DNA from: an uncultured virus (IMG/VR IMGVR_UViG_3300030202_002298)
Lineage: Duplodnaviria > Heunggongvirae > Uroviricota > Caudoviricetes
DNA length: 20,000 nucleotides
Virus record (IMG/VR): IMGVR_UViG_3300030202_002298
Span: 50,723-70,722 of that record
Direction: 5' to 3' (one strand)
This document shows positions 5,598-14,945 of the stretch, piece after piece. The position numbers and the translations under genes are program-made. Under the pieces are notes generated by a model. The model searched no databases, was not told the origin of the DNA, and saw only the letters and a list, made by a program, of their open reading frames with translations. The number at the start of each line of letters is the position of its first letter. Position 1 is the first letter of the stretch.

Positions 5598-8500
5598 TTA
5601 TATCTGTCCTTCATACTCAACTTCGTATCTATCAATATCTGCTCGCTCTCCGTAAATTGTGTAGTAGCAATCAATAGCGTTACCATCTGCCTCGCCTATT
5701 TTTATCTCTATATTACTAGCAGAAATTACAAACAGTTTTTGGTATGAACCTTTAGGGGTTAGCTGAACTGTAACTGTTCCATCTCTAACCAACCCTGCCC
5801 AATAATCTGGTAGATCAATAGTGTCACCTTGAACTTCACCACGTTGGTAAACCCCAATCTCTGGCCCTTCCAATGAGGAGTGGCGAAGATTCATTCCTTC
5901 TTTTGTAGGGTGAGGTATTTTAAATGATTTACTGTACCCGCCTATGTCACCGTTAGAATAAATATTGCCACTAAAGAAAGCCGTGTAAGAACTATTCGGG
6001 CTGGTTCCAACGCCTAGTCTTGTAGTTATCTGAGCATCTCCAACAACGTGTAGGTTCTCATTACCAGGAGATGTCTTGTTAACAGTTAGTGAATGATCAG
6101 AGCCATTGTAAAATAAACGTGGAGCTTGTTTAACTGTAGTGCTGTCTGTGTAAACCGCTATGTTTCCATTGGTTGTGCTGCTAGTAACTGAGCTTGATGA
6201 AACTGTTCCACTACCACTGCCTCCTCCGCTTTGGTCTGCCCATTCTAATGTGGTTCCACTACTAGGTGCTGTAAGAACTTGCCCCGCACTGCTAGGTGCT
6301 GACGTTGGAAATGTGTATGCATCATGGAACCTAATTCCAGAGTTAGATACGGACATACGACTATTACCCCCAGAGGTAAATTCCATTGTGTCGTTTGCGC
6401 TTCTAAAAATACCTGTGTTTAAATCATTTATAAATGTGATACCGGGATTACCAGCACTACCATCTCCTGAACGGAAGAATGCTGAAAAAGTATTTAACCA
6501 TCTGAGATTATATGCACCCGAATCTCTCACTGCATCAGCGTAAGGGCCGATGTTTCGCTCAAAGTAAGTTTGTTTATTGAAATAAAACGATGGCCGATCC
6601 GTCATAAAGTGACAGAAAGAACTATTTTGTGGCCCTGTTTGTAACCAGCCATGATCAGTGACTGTTATTAAAGAAGTGTTAGTGGAATTATGTTGATATG
6701 TGTCCGCACCGAAATATAACTTATCAGATATTACAACATTACCTCCAGAGTCTACACGGAATTTTTGTGATCCGTTTTCATCAATGTAGAGCAAAGGATA
6801 ACCCGCAGAAGTTCCAGACGAGTTGACGCTAATTCGCACACCATACGGAGTTGTGCTGCTTGTTTGGAAATGCCCAGCATAGGTTGTTCCACTTGTGACT
6901 GCATGAATTTTTGAGTCAGGGGCGTTAGTCGCTATACCTAATCCTGTGTTATTTACAAATGCCCTTGCAGTGCCTCCCGTTACAAACCCAATACTATCCG
7001 CAGAATTTTCGTATATATATGTGTTAGAACCTCCGTCTAGGTAAAACGCTTCAGAAGCACCCACAAAGACTTCACCATTAGCTTTAACACCAAATTTATA
7101 AGTCCCATTAACATTAACACCGAGAGCCATTCCAGAACTCCCCGGCTCATCCATTCGCACTAGCAACCCACCTGAGTTTCCACTAGTTGCAGTGTTGTAA
7201 ATTTTTGAAACCCAGTTGCCTGTTAATGATTTCTGAACGTGAAACGGGTACGATGGAAAAGCTCCTATGCCTAAAGCGTTTTGGATTTTTATGTTCCCAT
7301 CATTGTAGATCATAAAATCCGCAGTCCCACTTAAATCAGGATCAGTGGTAGCACTTGAACTTCTGATAATTGCAAACTTGTTTGTACCGTATGCATTAGT
7401 TACCAAGAACCTTCTAGCACTAGATGTGTGTCCTGTGTTTGCGTGAAATAATAAACCTCCGTAGGAACCGTAGTTGCTTGTTGTTGAGTAACCCGCTAGT
7501 CGCAATGCGTTGTTATCTGGATCTCCATTAACTTCACCTATTGTTAAACCTCGCCCCGAAATGTGCTTTATGTACGAATCACCACCACTATTTTCAAGTT
7601 GCAACGCTCCCGCATTTGTTATGGTTAATCGGTTAGTATTATTTGTTGCAAAATTGATAGCACCATTTTCGTAGTTATGTATTCCAGCGTTAAGGCCAGA
7701 TAAATAAAATTCAAGTCCGTCACTAGCTCCCGTGCCACTACTGTTGTTTTGCAGTGCCATTTTTACGGGAGTGGTGTCGTAAATTGTTAGTTTTTTAGTC
7801 GCAGCAGAAAGGCCGATTCCTAAACGACCTCGGTTAGAAACAAACACACCAGTTCCAGTTGGGGTATAACAAGCTAAATTTGGTACGTCATTGACGATGT
7901 TGTTTGCTGTATCAATTGACAAACCATAAGCACCTCCGTTGTTTTCAAATCTGCCAGTCCAGTTAACAGTAGTCTGTTGTACGTCCAGTAAATATCCTGT
8001 TTTTCCAATGATGCTTACCTTGCCGTTAAATGTAGCAGTGTCACCTATTCTACTGTGTTGTTCATGGCAAGATATGTTGTCTATGTTAAAATTACCTCCA
8101 GCAGTGTTAGCCCAGAATCCTAAAGTTGTGTCTGTTGGAACAATTTCTATAGTGTGCGTTCCATTACCGTAACTAACATATCCATTTGAACTAGTGTAAG
8201 CACTTCCACTTCCAAGTTTATTACCAATCCAAATATTTGCTAGACCGCCACTTCCAACTTGAATTGTAAATGAGAGTTTAAATGTTTTGCCAGAATCGTT
8301 AGCAACAAAAACACTGTCTTGAGCTAAAGTTCCGTTACTAGAATCGTCAAATGATGCAACTCCATTGAGAATCTTCCACGGAGCAGAACTTGTGGTGATT
8401 GCAACATTGCCTCCATTATACATTGTCCATGAACTGGTACTCGCCATAGCACCATTGGATATTTTGTCAGTAGTGCTGTGAGTTTTAATTTCACCTGAGA

Positions 8501-11500
8501 CATCTAATTTAGAATTTGGTAAAGTATCTGCTATCCCCAAATTCCCATTTCTCAGTGTCATTGTGTTTACCCCTCCATTAGCTGATCTGCAATAGAGAGT
8601 GTCGGTGTCAAAATAAATATCCGAAGTTCCGCTATAACCGAATCTGTAGGAACTGCCGTTAGCATTAGCAATCTGAATTTTAGAGTCAGGAGCAGTTACC
8701 CCTCCAATGCCGCAATTTCCATTTGTATCAATTACAAAACGAGGGCTACTGTCTAGGTTGCCAGCATTGTTTTCGCTGATAAAAAACCCAGCACCATTTT
8801 GGCCAATAGATGTTGAACCTCCTGACCCTTTAAATATCAGAGGGACTTCACCTTTGCTTGCATCGCCAATCGTTATCCCTTGTTCACTTGCGGCTGGAGT
8901 TACTTGGAGAGTTCCTGTGATTGTGCCGCCAGATGAGTTTAGTATTAGTTTCTGACTGTTCTGAACTCTGAACTCTAAGTTGCCGCCGATACTGTCAACA
9001 ATGCCTGAAGTGTTCCCGTTGGAGTATGTTAGCTTAATTCCATACGTTGAACTTTGTGTGAAGTTTGCTGCACCGTTTGAATCTATCTCAAATTTCTTAC
9101 TTCCGCCGCCAAAACTACTGCCTGTCCAAAATTCTATTCCTCCTTGACCGTGAAGTTTTAATCCTGCTGTAGAATATTTTAGTGCTAATCCTCCACGGTT
9201 CCCCCCGCTGTCAGCTAATATCAAGTAAGGTTGCCATGTATTTGCTGTTTGTGAAACATTTCTAACGTAAACAGTACCAGTGCTATCTGAAGAATTTCTA
9301 AAACACGCATGACCAGCACCCGCCGAATAAAGACCTAAAAGCTCATTGCTTGAAGATATGGTAGCTGCGGTTCCTATGCCTAAAAAAGAACCACTCAGCG
9401 TCATTTGCTGAGAGTTGTTGGTGAAAAACTTTAACGTGGAATTTGTAGCTTCAATTCGCTCATGTGAGTCAGCCCATTGCAGTGAGTATCCGTGGTCTAA
9501 GTTTAAATGACTGTTATCAATTATTAAATCGCCACTTAAATTAGTATTACCTCCTGATGAAACAGAAAAATAATGTGATCCGTTTTGCTCAACTTTAAGT
9601 AAAGGATAACCTGAAGAAGTTCCTGACGAGGAAGCGTTAATCCTCACACCATACGGAGTTGTGCTACTTGTTTGGAAATGTGCAGAATAAGTTGAACCAC
9701 TGCTAATTGTATGAATCCTAGAGTCGGGTAAAGTTGTGTTTATACCAACATCTCCATTTTTTACGATCAGTCCGGTGTGAGTGGTAGCCCCATTAGAATC
9801 TACCGTTGTAAGCTGTGCATAACGGTCAGACGAAGCGTTGTTACCTTTAAGAAGTAAAGCACCTCCGTAACTTCCACTCCACATTGGGAGGTTGTTTCCG
9901 ATCTGTATTTTTCCATCACCCCGCACAAGCATTAGGCTAGTGCCGTTACTGTATGTTGTATTGTTTGTTCTAACGTGGAGTACCTCTACATCTGAACCAT
10001 CGTTAACCGTTGAAATTACAGTCCCATCATACTCTGAGGTGTTGCCCGAATTATGAAGCCATGCAACAGGAGTGTTAGCTGCACCTGAACTACCAGAGAC
10101 AGTTAAAGGGCCACCAATTGTTGTTGTATTCCCACTTGTCCCGCACAAAGCAACGCCTCCAGCCCGTTTAACAACCAAGTCCATGTTGTTGACGTTTGGT
10201 TGATATACATACCAATCACCGTTGCTAGTCCCATATGCAGGGGTTGTATTATAAGCCATGCCCATCCGTGCGGAATTAGCATAAGTGGAGTTGGTAAAAA
10301 ATATTTCACACCATTGGCTGCTCTTTACCTCAATGCCGCATCTGGCAGAGGTGTTACCGAATTGAGCCATTTGTTGGCCTGATCCAGTTGCGGTTATGTT
10401 ACCACTAAATATAGCGTTCCCGTTATACAACGTCAGAACATTGTTGCCTCCCGGTTGGCCACTCGTTTCACCTATTTTAAATGCTCCTGAATCAGTCCTA
10501 TCAATACCTACACACCAGTTAGTTGTGTTGTCACCGAAGGAAATGTATGGGTCGTTATTCCCTGAAAATAACCTAAGTTTTGTTGCTCCCGAAGATTTGG
10601 AAACTGTTAAGTCACCACTAGGTATTTCTACATCACCAGCATTAAGTAACTTCAGTACTGTTTTTGGAGAACCAGTGTTATCGGTGATGAAATGAAAATC
10701 TCCTACATTTGTAGCGGTTTTATATTGATATGCAATTCGTCCATCAGCATTTCTCGCTCGGAAATCTAGATTAGCATAAACATTGTCAGCCTCTGTTGTG
10801 TTGTAAATTAAAAACCCCTGCCCAGCACCTCCACCACTTAACCCATCTTCTGTTACATTTGTGCCTGAACGTGCAAAAACTACAGAAAGAGTTTTATTCG
10901 GTGTTGTGCTACCTATGCCTACCGAATCACTACCGATAGTCATCACCGCACTATTGTTGTCCCAGATTTGCGTTTTTAAATTACTAGCATCAGCAACAAT
11001 GCGTCCGACTATAGTATGATCTAGTCTCCTCCAGATTAACGCTGACGATGTTCCTGTGTTTGTTGGTACATCAATGTAGGTTGTGTTATTAACCTCTAGT
11101 TGACCTGATAAAACGCCATTGTTGTCCTCGGTTAATTCAAACGCTGTATTGCTGTCTGTGGTGTTTCTAAATTTTAGTCCAGTGCCAGCGACATAAACCT
11201 TCCAATCATCTGTACCACTCTCCGCTGAAACTAATGAGAGTGCGGGGTCGCTTGATGTAGAAATTAAAAGATCGCTGCCAATAGTCCCACCATTGAACGA
11301 ACTACTTGTCTGAATTACGTTACCACTAGAATCAACTGCTAGATATTTGGCTACCGTTCCTGTTAAACCACTGCCACCGTATTTGTTTAATTTAAGCTGC
11401 CCCGTTTCCCCGCTTACCTCTAACAACCAGTCAGTAATCGCCCCAGATTGCCCATGCCTACCTATACTGAAGTCTGCTCCTGAAGTGTTATTATTATTAC

Positions 11501-12881
11501 TGTCTAGATTTACAAACAGTCCTCCGAAAGTATTAATTCGTAAGTCATCCGCAGCATTACCTGAACTGTTACGACTACCAATAGCGTGTTCCGTGTGACC
11601 CCCGCCATAAAATGTTATATAAGGAGCCTGAGATGCGAAGTCTATATTTTGAGCAAAAGTCACCTTGCCGTTGCTGGCTATAGTTACCCTCTCCGTAGCG
11701 TCAGTATAAAACTTTAGATAATCTCCGCCATTGCTCCCGACTATCTTTGCTTTGGTTCCACCCCACCTAATGCTTTGCCCGTCATCAAGAAATGAATCAC
11801 CATTGTTTATTCTAACATCGCCATTGACTTGAAGTCTGTAGCTAGGTGTGCAAGCGATCCCTACCTTGCCATTATCAGCAACAGTGAATCTTGTAGTGCC
11901 AGCGGTTTGCACATAAAAATAATCATTGCTGACAAACATACCAGTATTCGCGTCTGTATCGCCAATATTGTAACCATCTGAGACTGCTATACGGCCGTTG
12001 TGAACATGAAGCTTTTGGCTTGGCTCAATTCCTAAACCCAGCGATCCATTCTGCATGAAATACCACTTGCGAGTACCGTTAATGCCGATAAACAAATCGG
12101 ATGAACCCATCTCTAAGTCGGCATAGGTTCCATTCTTGTTTATTCTAAGTGTCGGGTTGTGAGAAGCAGTATAAATTTCTAGGTCTTTAGCTGGGGCTGA
12201 ACTGCCTATGCCAACGCCCGTTGATTTTACAACAAGGTGATTCTCGTTGAACGTAGCACTAGCATTAAATTTTAAAGCAGTTGATGAATGATCCCATCCG
12301 ATTTTTGCATTAGCTGATGTATCAGAAAAAAGTATGTAGTTGTCATGCGAAGTGCCGCCTTTAACCTCAATGCCAGTATGACTAGACGTTTCAACTGTCA
12401 GGTTGCCCGTAAGTGTGCCGCCAGTTGCGGTTATTGCTCCACTAAATGTAGCGTTACCGTTTTCTGACCCGTCCAAAGTCAAAGCAGTTTTTACAGTGCC
12501 ACCATCCTTGATCTTAAAAAGAATATCTTTGTCATCAATAGGGTTTTGAATAACAAAGTTGTTTGAAGAGTTTTGTAAAATCCCAAATCTAACTCCATCA
12601 TCTTTAAGGCTAATAGTATCGCCACCAGCGTCTAAAACAATTCCATCAGCGGAGTCTATTATAAAGTCGCTAGTTGACGCGATTGTTCCACCGATAGTTA
12701 AAGTGCCACTAAGTGTGCCGCCAGCTAGGGGGAGATGATTGTTTAACTGTAGAACACCATTGGCAGCGGCATTGCCGACATAGAGTTTACTGTCATGTAG
12801 ATTAACTGCTAACTCGCCAGCCGCTAAACCGCTAGGTACGCCAGCAGTTGCCTTGCGCTTAATCTGAAGTGTATTAGCCAT
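5598..12881 (-). CDS. Long tail fibre / receptor-binding protein (2427 aa)
   Basis: N-terminal Mtd_N-like domain (LQIKR...PSGLAAGELAVN..D.KLYVGN). Many G.vGIG...P...L.v fibre repeats; Gly/Ser/Thr/Asn-rich. CBM-like insert at about 8061-8468. C-terminal KSFKIPHP...LRHSSLEGPE.GVY.RG...LPDYW domain typical of fibre termini (putative chaperone). Confidence 0.92.
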   Translation of the reverse strand: MANTLQIKRKATAGVPSGLAAGELAVNLHDSKLYVGNAAANGVLQLNNHLPLAGGTLSGTLTIGGTIASTSDFIIDSADGIVLDAGGDTISLKDDGVRFGILQNSSNNFVIQNPIDDKDILFKIKDGGTVKTALTLDGSENGNATFSGAITATGGTLTGNLTVETSSHTGIEVKGGTSHDNYILFSDTSANAKIGWDHSSTALKFNASATFNENHLVVKSTGVGIGSSAPAKDLEIYTASHNPTLRINKNGTYADLEMGSSDLFIGINGTRKWYFMQNGSLGLGIEPSQKLHVHNGRIAVSDGYNIGDTDANTGMFVSNDYFYVQTAGTTRFTVADNGKVGIACTPSYRLQVNGDVRINNGDSFLDDGQSIRWGGTKAKIVGSNGGDYLKFYTDATERVTIASNGKVTFAQNIDFASQAPYITFYGGGHTEHAIGSRNSSGNAADDLRINTFGGLFVNLDSNNNNTSGADFSIGRHGQSGAITDWLLEVSGETGQLKLNKYGGSGLTGTVAKYLAVDSSGNVIQTSSSFNGGTIGSDLLISTSSDPALSLVSAESGTDDWKVYVAGTGLKFRNTTDSNTAFELTEDNNGVLSGQLEVNNTTYIDVPTNTGTSSALIWRRLDHTIVGRIVADASNLKTQIWDNNSAVMTIGSDSVGIGSTTPNKTLSVVFARSGTNVTEDGLSGGGAGQGFLIYNTTEADNVYANLDFRARNADGRIAYQYKTATNVGDFHFITDNTGSPKTVLKLLNAGDVEIPSGDLTVSKSSGATKLRLFSGNNDPYISFGDNTTNWCVGIDRTDSGAFKIGETSGQPGGNNVLTLYNGNAIFSGNITATGSGQQMAQFGNTSARCGIEVKSSQWCEIFFTNSTYANSARMGMAYNTTPAYGTSNGDWYVYQPNVNNMDLVVKRAGGVALCGTSGNTTTIGGPLTVSGSSGAANTPVAWLHNSGNTSEYDGTVISTVNDGSDVEVLHVRTNNTTYSNGTSLMLVRGDGKIQIGNNLPMWSGSYGGALLLKGNNASSDRYAQLTTVDSNGATTHTGLIVKNGDVGINTTLPDSRIHTISSGSTYSAHFQTSSTTPYGVRINASSSGTSSGYPLLKVEQNGSHYFSVSSGGNTNLSGDLIIDNSHLNLDHGYSLQWADSHERIEATNSTLKFFTNNSQQMTLSGSFLGIGTAATISSSNELLGLYSAGAGHACFRNSSDSTGTVYVRNVSQTANTWQPYLILADSGGNRGGLALKYSTAGLKLHGQGGIEFWTGSSFGGGSKKFEIDSNGAANFTQSSTYGIKLTYSNGNTSGIVDSIGGNLEFRVQNSQKLILNSSGGTITGTLQVTPAASEQGITIGDASKGEVPLIFKGSGGSTSIGQNGAGFFISENNAGNLDSSPRFVIDTNGNCGIGGVTAPDSKIQIANANGSSYRFGYSGTSDIYFDTDTLYCRSANGGVNTMTLRNGNLGIADTLPNSKLDVSGEIKTHSTTDKISNGAMASTSSWTMYNGGNVAITTSSAPWKILNGVASFDDSSNGTLAQDSVFVANDSGKTFKLSFTIQVGSGGLANIWIGNKLGSGSAYTSSNGYVSYGNGTHTIEIVPTDTTLGFWANTAGGNFNIDNISCHEQHSRIGDTATFNGKVSIIGKTGYLLDVQQTTVNWTGRFENNGGAYGLSIDTANNIVNDVPNLACYTPTGTGVFVSNRGRLGIGLSAATKKLTIYDTTPVKMALQNNSSGTGASDGLEFYLSGLNAGIHNYENGAINFATNNTNRLTITNAGALQLENSGGDSYIKHISGRGLTIGEVNGDPDNNALRLAGYSTTSNYGSYGGLLFHANTGHTSSARRFLVTNAYGTNKFAIIRSSSATTDPDLSGTADFMIYNDGNIKIQNALGIGAFPSYPFHVQKSLTGNWVSKIYNTATSGNSGGLLVRMDEPGSSGMALGVNVNGTYKFGVKANGEVFVGASEAFYLDGGSNTYIYENSADSIGFVTGGTARAFVNNTGLGIATNAPDSKIHAVTSGTTYAGHFQTSSTTPYGVRISVNSSGTSAGYPLLYIDENGSQKFRVDSGGNVVISDKLYFGADTYQHNSTNTSLITVTDHGWLQTGPQNSSFCHFMTDRPSFYFNKQTYFERNIGPYADAVRDSGAYNLRWLNTFSAFFRSGDGSAGNPGITFINDLNTGIFRSANDTMEFTSGGNSRMSVSNSGIRFHDAYTFPTSAPSSAGQVLTAPSSGTTLEWADQSGGGSGSGTVSSSSVTSSTTNGNIAVYTDSTTVKQAPRLFYNGSDHSLTVNKTSPGNENLHVVGDAQITTRLGVGTSPNSSYTAFFSGNIYSNGDIGGYSKSFKIPHPTKEGMNLRHSSLEGPEIGVYQRGEVQGDTIDLPDYWAGLVRDGTVTVQLTPKGSYQKLFVISASNIEIKIGEADGNAIDCYYTIYGERADIDRYEVEYEGQI
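6738..6920 (-). repeat. Internal duplicated fibre module, copy 2 (copy 1 at about 9546-9728)
   Basis: Ungapped offset of 2808 nt. Bases 6837-6872 match 9645-9680 at 35/36. Both copies encode HFQTSSTTPYGVRI...SSGTS.GYPLL....NGS..F.V.SGGN. Confidence 0.9.
9546..9728 (-). repeat. Internal duplicated fibre module, copy 1
   Basis: Partner of 6738-6920 (DSRIH...SGGN versus DSKIH...SGGN). Confidence 0.9.
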
Positions 12882-12884
12882 TTA

Positions 12885-13985
12885 CTAAAATGTTCCACAG
12901 TCTATTGTTAGGTTTGCTGGTTCTTTTGTTTTTACCCAGGTGGTTCCGTTTGATTCAAGAATTCCGTATGAATTTGCACCTGAAGAAGTATGTCCAAAAC
13001 CAGCTATAGTGTTTAAGTCAGCGTCATACGCTTGAACATCTCCACCTATTGTTAAGCCAAGATTGGATCTAGCTCCACTAATGGTTGAAGCTCCTGTACC
13101 TCCATCTGCTACAGCAAGATCGCCTTGTGCGCCAATACCAGCATGAGTCAAGTCTACCTGAATCTCACCAGCATTAATCTCCAAACCAGCATTGGCTTTT
13201 AAATCTACACTAAGAGTATCACCAACTTTTTGGAGTCCGTTGCCAGCAGTAATCTGCCCTGCTCCAGAGAACTGAGAGAATGCTAAACTTGTTGAACCTA
13301 ATGTGATTGAACCCGTTGTTGAGAGAACAAACCCAGAATTTGCATGAGTGCTACCATCCTCAACAAACGTGAACATTCCAGATGTAACCTCCCCGGCTGG
13401 AGAGTTGTCAGCATCAGTGGCCCTTATAAAATCATCTGCACTACCACTTTGTTCGTATCTGTAAATACCGTTTTCACTAGCAGTGCTTTGATCCTTTACT
13501 AAGACTCTATCGCCAGTGGATAAAGTCACACCATCAATAGATACAGAGCTACCAAGGTTTGGCCAGCTACCACCTAAGTCTGCTGTTGTAGCAACTCTAA
13601 CTGATCCTTTTACATCTAAACCTGTTTGCGCTGCGTCCACATAGCTTTTATTTACAGCATCGTTAGCGGTTGTGGGAGTGCCAAGACCTGTGATCTTGTT
13701 GTTTCCCATTGCGACATTACCGCCAACCGTAAAGGTTTCAAGATTAGGGAAGGTGTTAGAAGAAGCTGTTAGGTTTTTGTTAGTTAGCGTCTGAGTGGAA
13801 GCAAGATCAACAAATCCACCTACACCTCCAATAGCCTTCTTTGTCCTAGATGAATCTGTTCCTGAACCGTGTCCTATATAAAGTGTGTTATCTTGCTCGT
13901 TATATGCAAGCTCGGCTCTAGCCAGTTCTCCAGGTGCCCCAGCAGCTCCAGATTGCCTCGATTTAATTTTTAATACGTTTGCCAT
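12885..13985 (-). CDS. Tail fibre / fibre-adaptor protein (366 aa)
   Basis: Mtd_N-like start (LKIK....GAPGELARAELAYNE.D.TLYIG), then NKITGLGTPT...DAVNKSYVD, KGSVRVATTA...IDGVTL..GDRVLVKDQ...ENGIY, and GGTGAST..GAR.NLGL.IG.DVQAYDADL. Ends IDCGTF. All are common phage fibre motifs. Confidence 0.88.
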   Translation of the reverse strand: MANVLKIKSRQSGAAGAPGELARAELAYNEQDNTLYIGHGSGTDSSRTKKAIGGVGGFVDLASTQTLTNKNLTASSNTFPNLETFTVGGNVAMGNNKITGLGTPTTANDAVNKSYVDAAQTGLDVKGSVRVATTADLGGSWPNLGSSVSIDGVTLSTGDRVLVKDQSTASENGIYRYEQSGSADDFIRATDADNSPAGEVTSGMFTFVEDGSTHANSGFVLSTTGSITLGSTSLAFSQFSGAGQITAGNGLQKVGDTLSVDLKANAGLEINAGEIQVDLTHAGIGAQGDLAVADGGTGASTISGARSNLGLTIGGDVQAYDADLNTIAGFGHTSSGANSYGILESNGTTWVKTKEPANLTIDCGTF

Positions 13986-14386
13986 TAGAATGATCCTCCA
14001 CCTATTATTTTACTTTCAATTTGTTGCTCGTTTAATGTTCCAACTGCTTCACCTAAAATCCCTAAAGCCTCTTCAATTTCTTCCTTAGTCATTTTACCAG
14101 ATGAAATACTACTCTCCAGACTGCTAAGTTTAATTCTCTCAGAGTCGCTAAACACATTGGTATTAGAATTTGATTCATAGAGAGTTTTAATCTCACTTGC
14201 TGTTAACGTGGATGTAGATGCAGGTGTGGTGGTTGTTGACGAACTAACGTCTTCCACCTTGTCCCTTACCCTATCAATGACAGCTTTAGCATCATCCCAC
14301 CAATCCTTTAAATCTTCTGATGGAATGTCAGGCAGCTCACCTTCATCTCTTTGGACTAGGGTGGCAGACTTTTGAGTGAAAGCCAT
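13985..14386 (-). CDS. Small virion/tail-associated protein (133 aa)
   Basis: Contains the fibre-type motif TASEIKTLYESNSNTNVFSDSE..KL and ends IIGGGSF. TAATG overlaps on both sides. Confidence 0.75.
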   Translation of the reverse strand: MAFTQKSATLVQRDEGELPDIPSEDLKDWWDDAKAVIDRVRDKVEDVSSSTTTTPASTSTLTASEIKTLYESNSNTNVFSDSERIKLSSLESSISSGKMTKEEIEEALGILGEAVGTLNEQQIESKIIGGGSF

Positions 14387-14904
14387 TAAATCTCTTCAGT
14401 ATATGTCGCAGTAAACTTAGTTGATGTGGCAACGTGTATCTTGGCCTTTGTTTGACCTAGTTCATCGTCGACTATATTAGCAACAGTAAGGTTTCCAGCT
14501 AGAGTTGTAGCTCCTACTGCTGCCCCAGATGTAAGGGTTAAGACTCCTCCGTTTGTAAAATACAGTGCATCACCTGAAGGTATCGCTTTAGCTAGAGCGT
14601 CTACAGTTACAGACACACCGTTTGCGACTGAGTATCCGCTGGCGTTATTAACTGTTGCCTGTCTACTTGGAACCTTGATAGGAGCATTTAGACTTATTGC
14701 TGATCCAGCACCAACTTGAGCAAGTAACTCACCGGAAGCCCCGTAGTATTTAAGACTAGCCATATTGCTGCCATCTCCATTAATAAGGTCTACAAGGTGA
14801 ACTGCCTTACCTGACTTTGAGGCTTGAACCAATGTGGCCCCTGCCCCTGTAGTGTTGGCTGTGGATATTTTACGAGGTAGTATTTGGTTCGTATCTATTA
14901 TCAT
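14386..14904 (-). CDS. Putative structural protein (172 aa, beta-rich)
   Basis: Ala/Gly/Thr/Val-rich (ATVNNASGYSVANGVSVTVDAL...SGD.LYF..G). First gene of a translationally coupled tail cluster. Confidence 0.7.
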   Translation of the reverse strand: MIIDTNQILPRKISTANTTGAGATLVQASKSGKAVHLVDLINGDGSNMASLKYYGASGELLAQVGAGSAISLNAPIKVPSRQATVNNASGYSVANGVSVTVDALAKAIPSGDALYFTNGGVLTLTSGAAVGATTLAGNLTVANIVDDELGQTKAKIHVATSTKFTATYTEEI

Positions 14905-14920
14905 ATCTGTTATTGTTATT

Positions 14921-14938
14921 ACTATTTTTAGTGTGACA
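14921..14938 (-). promoter_or_regulatory. Conserved intergenic motif TGTCACACTAAAAATAGT (candidate late promoter/operator)
   Basis: 15/18 identical to 3643-3660. The two copies end 16 and 17 nt upstream of minus-strand ATGs. Confidence 0.5.
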
Positions 14939-14945
14939 ATTCAAG

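Noticed and set aside
6738..9728. Duplicated fibre segment as a diversity-generating retroelement TR/VR pair or a shufflon
   Set aside because: Both copies lie inside one ORF, the differences are not adenine-specific, and no reverse transcriptase or inverted cassettes are in the window.
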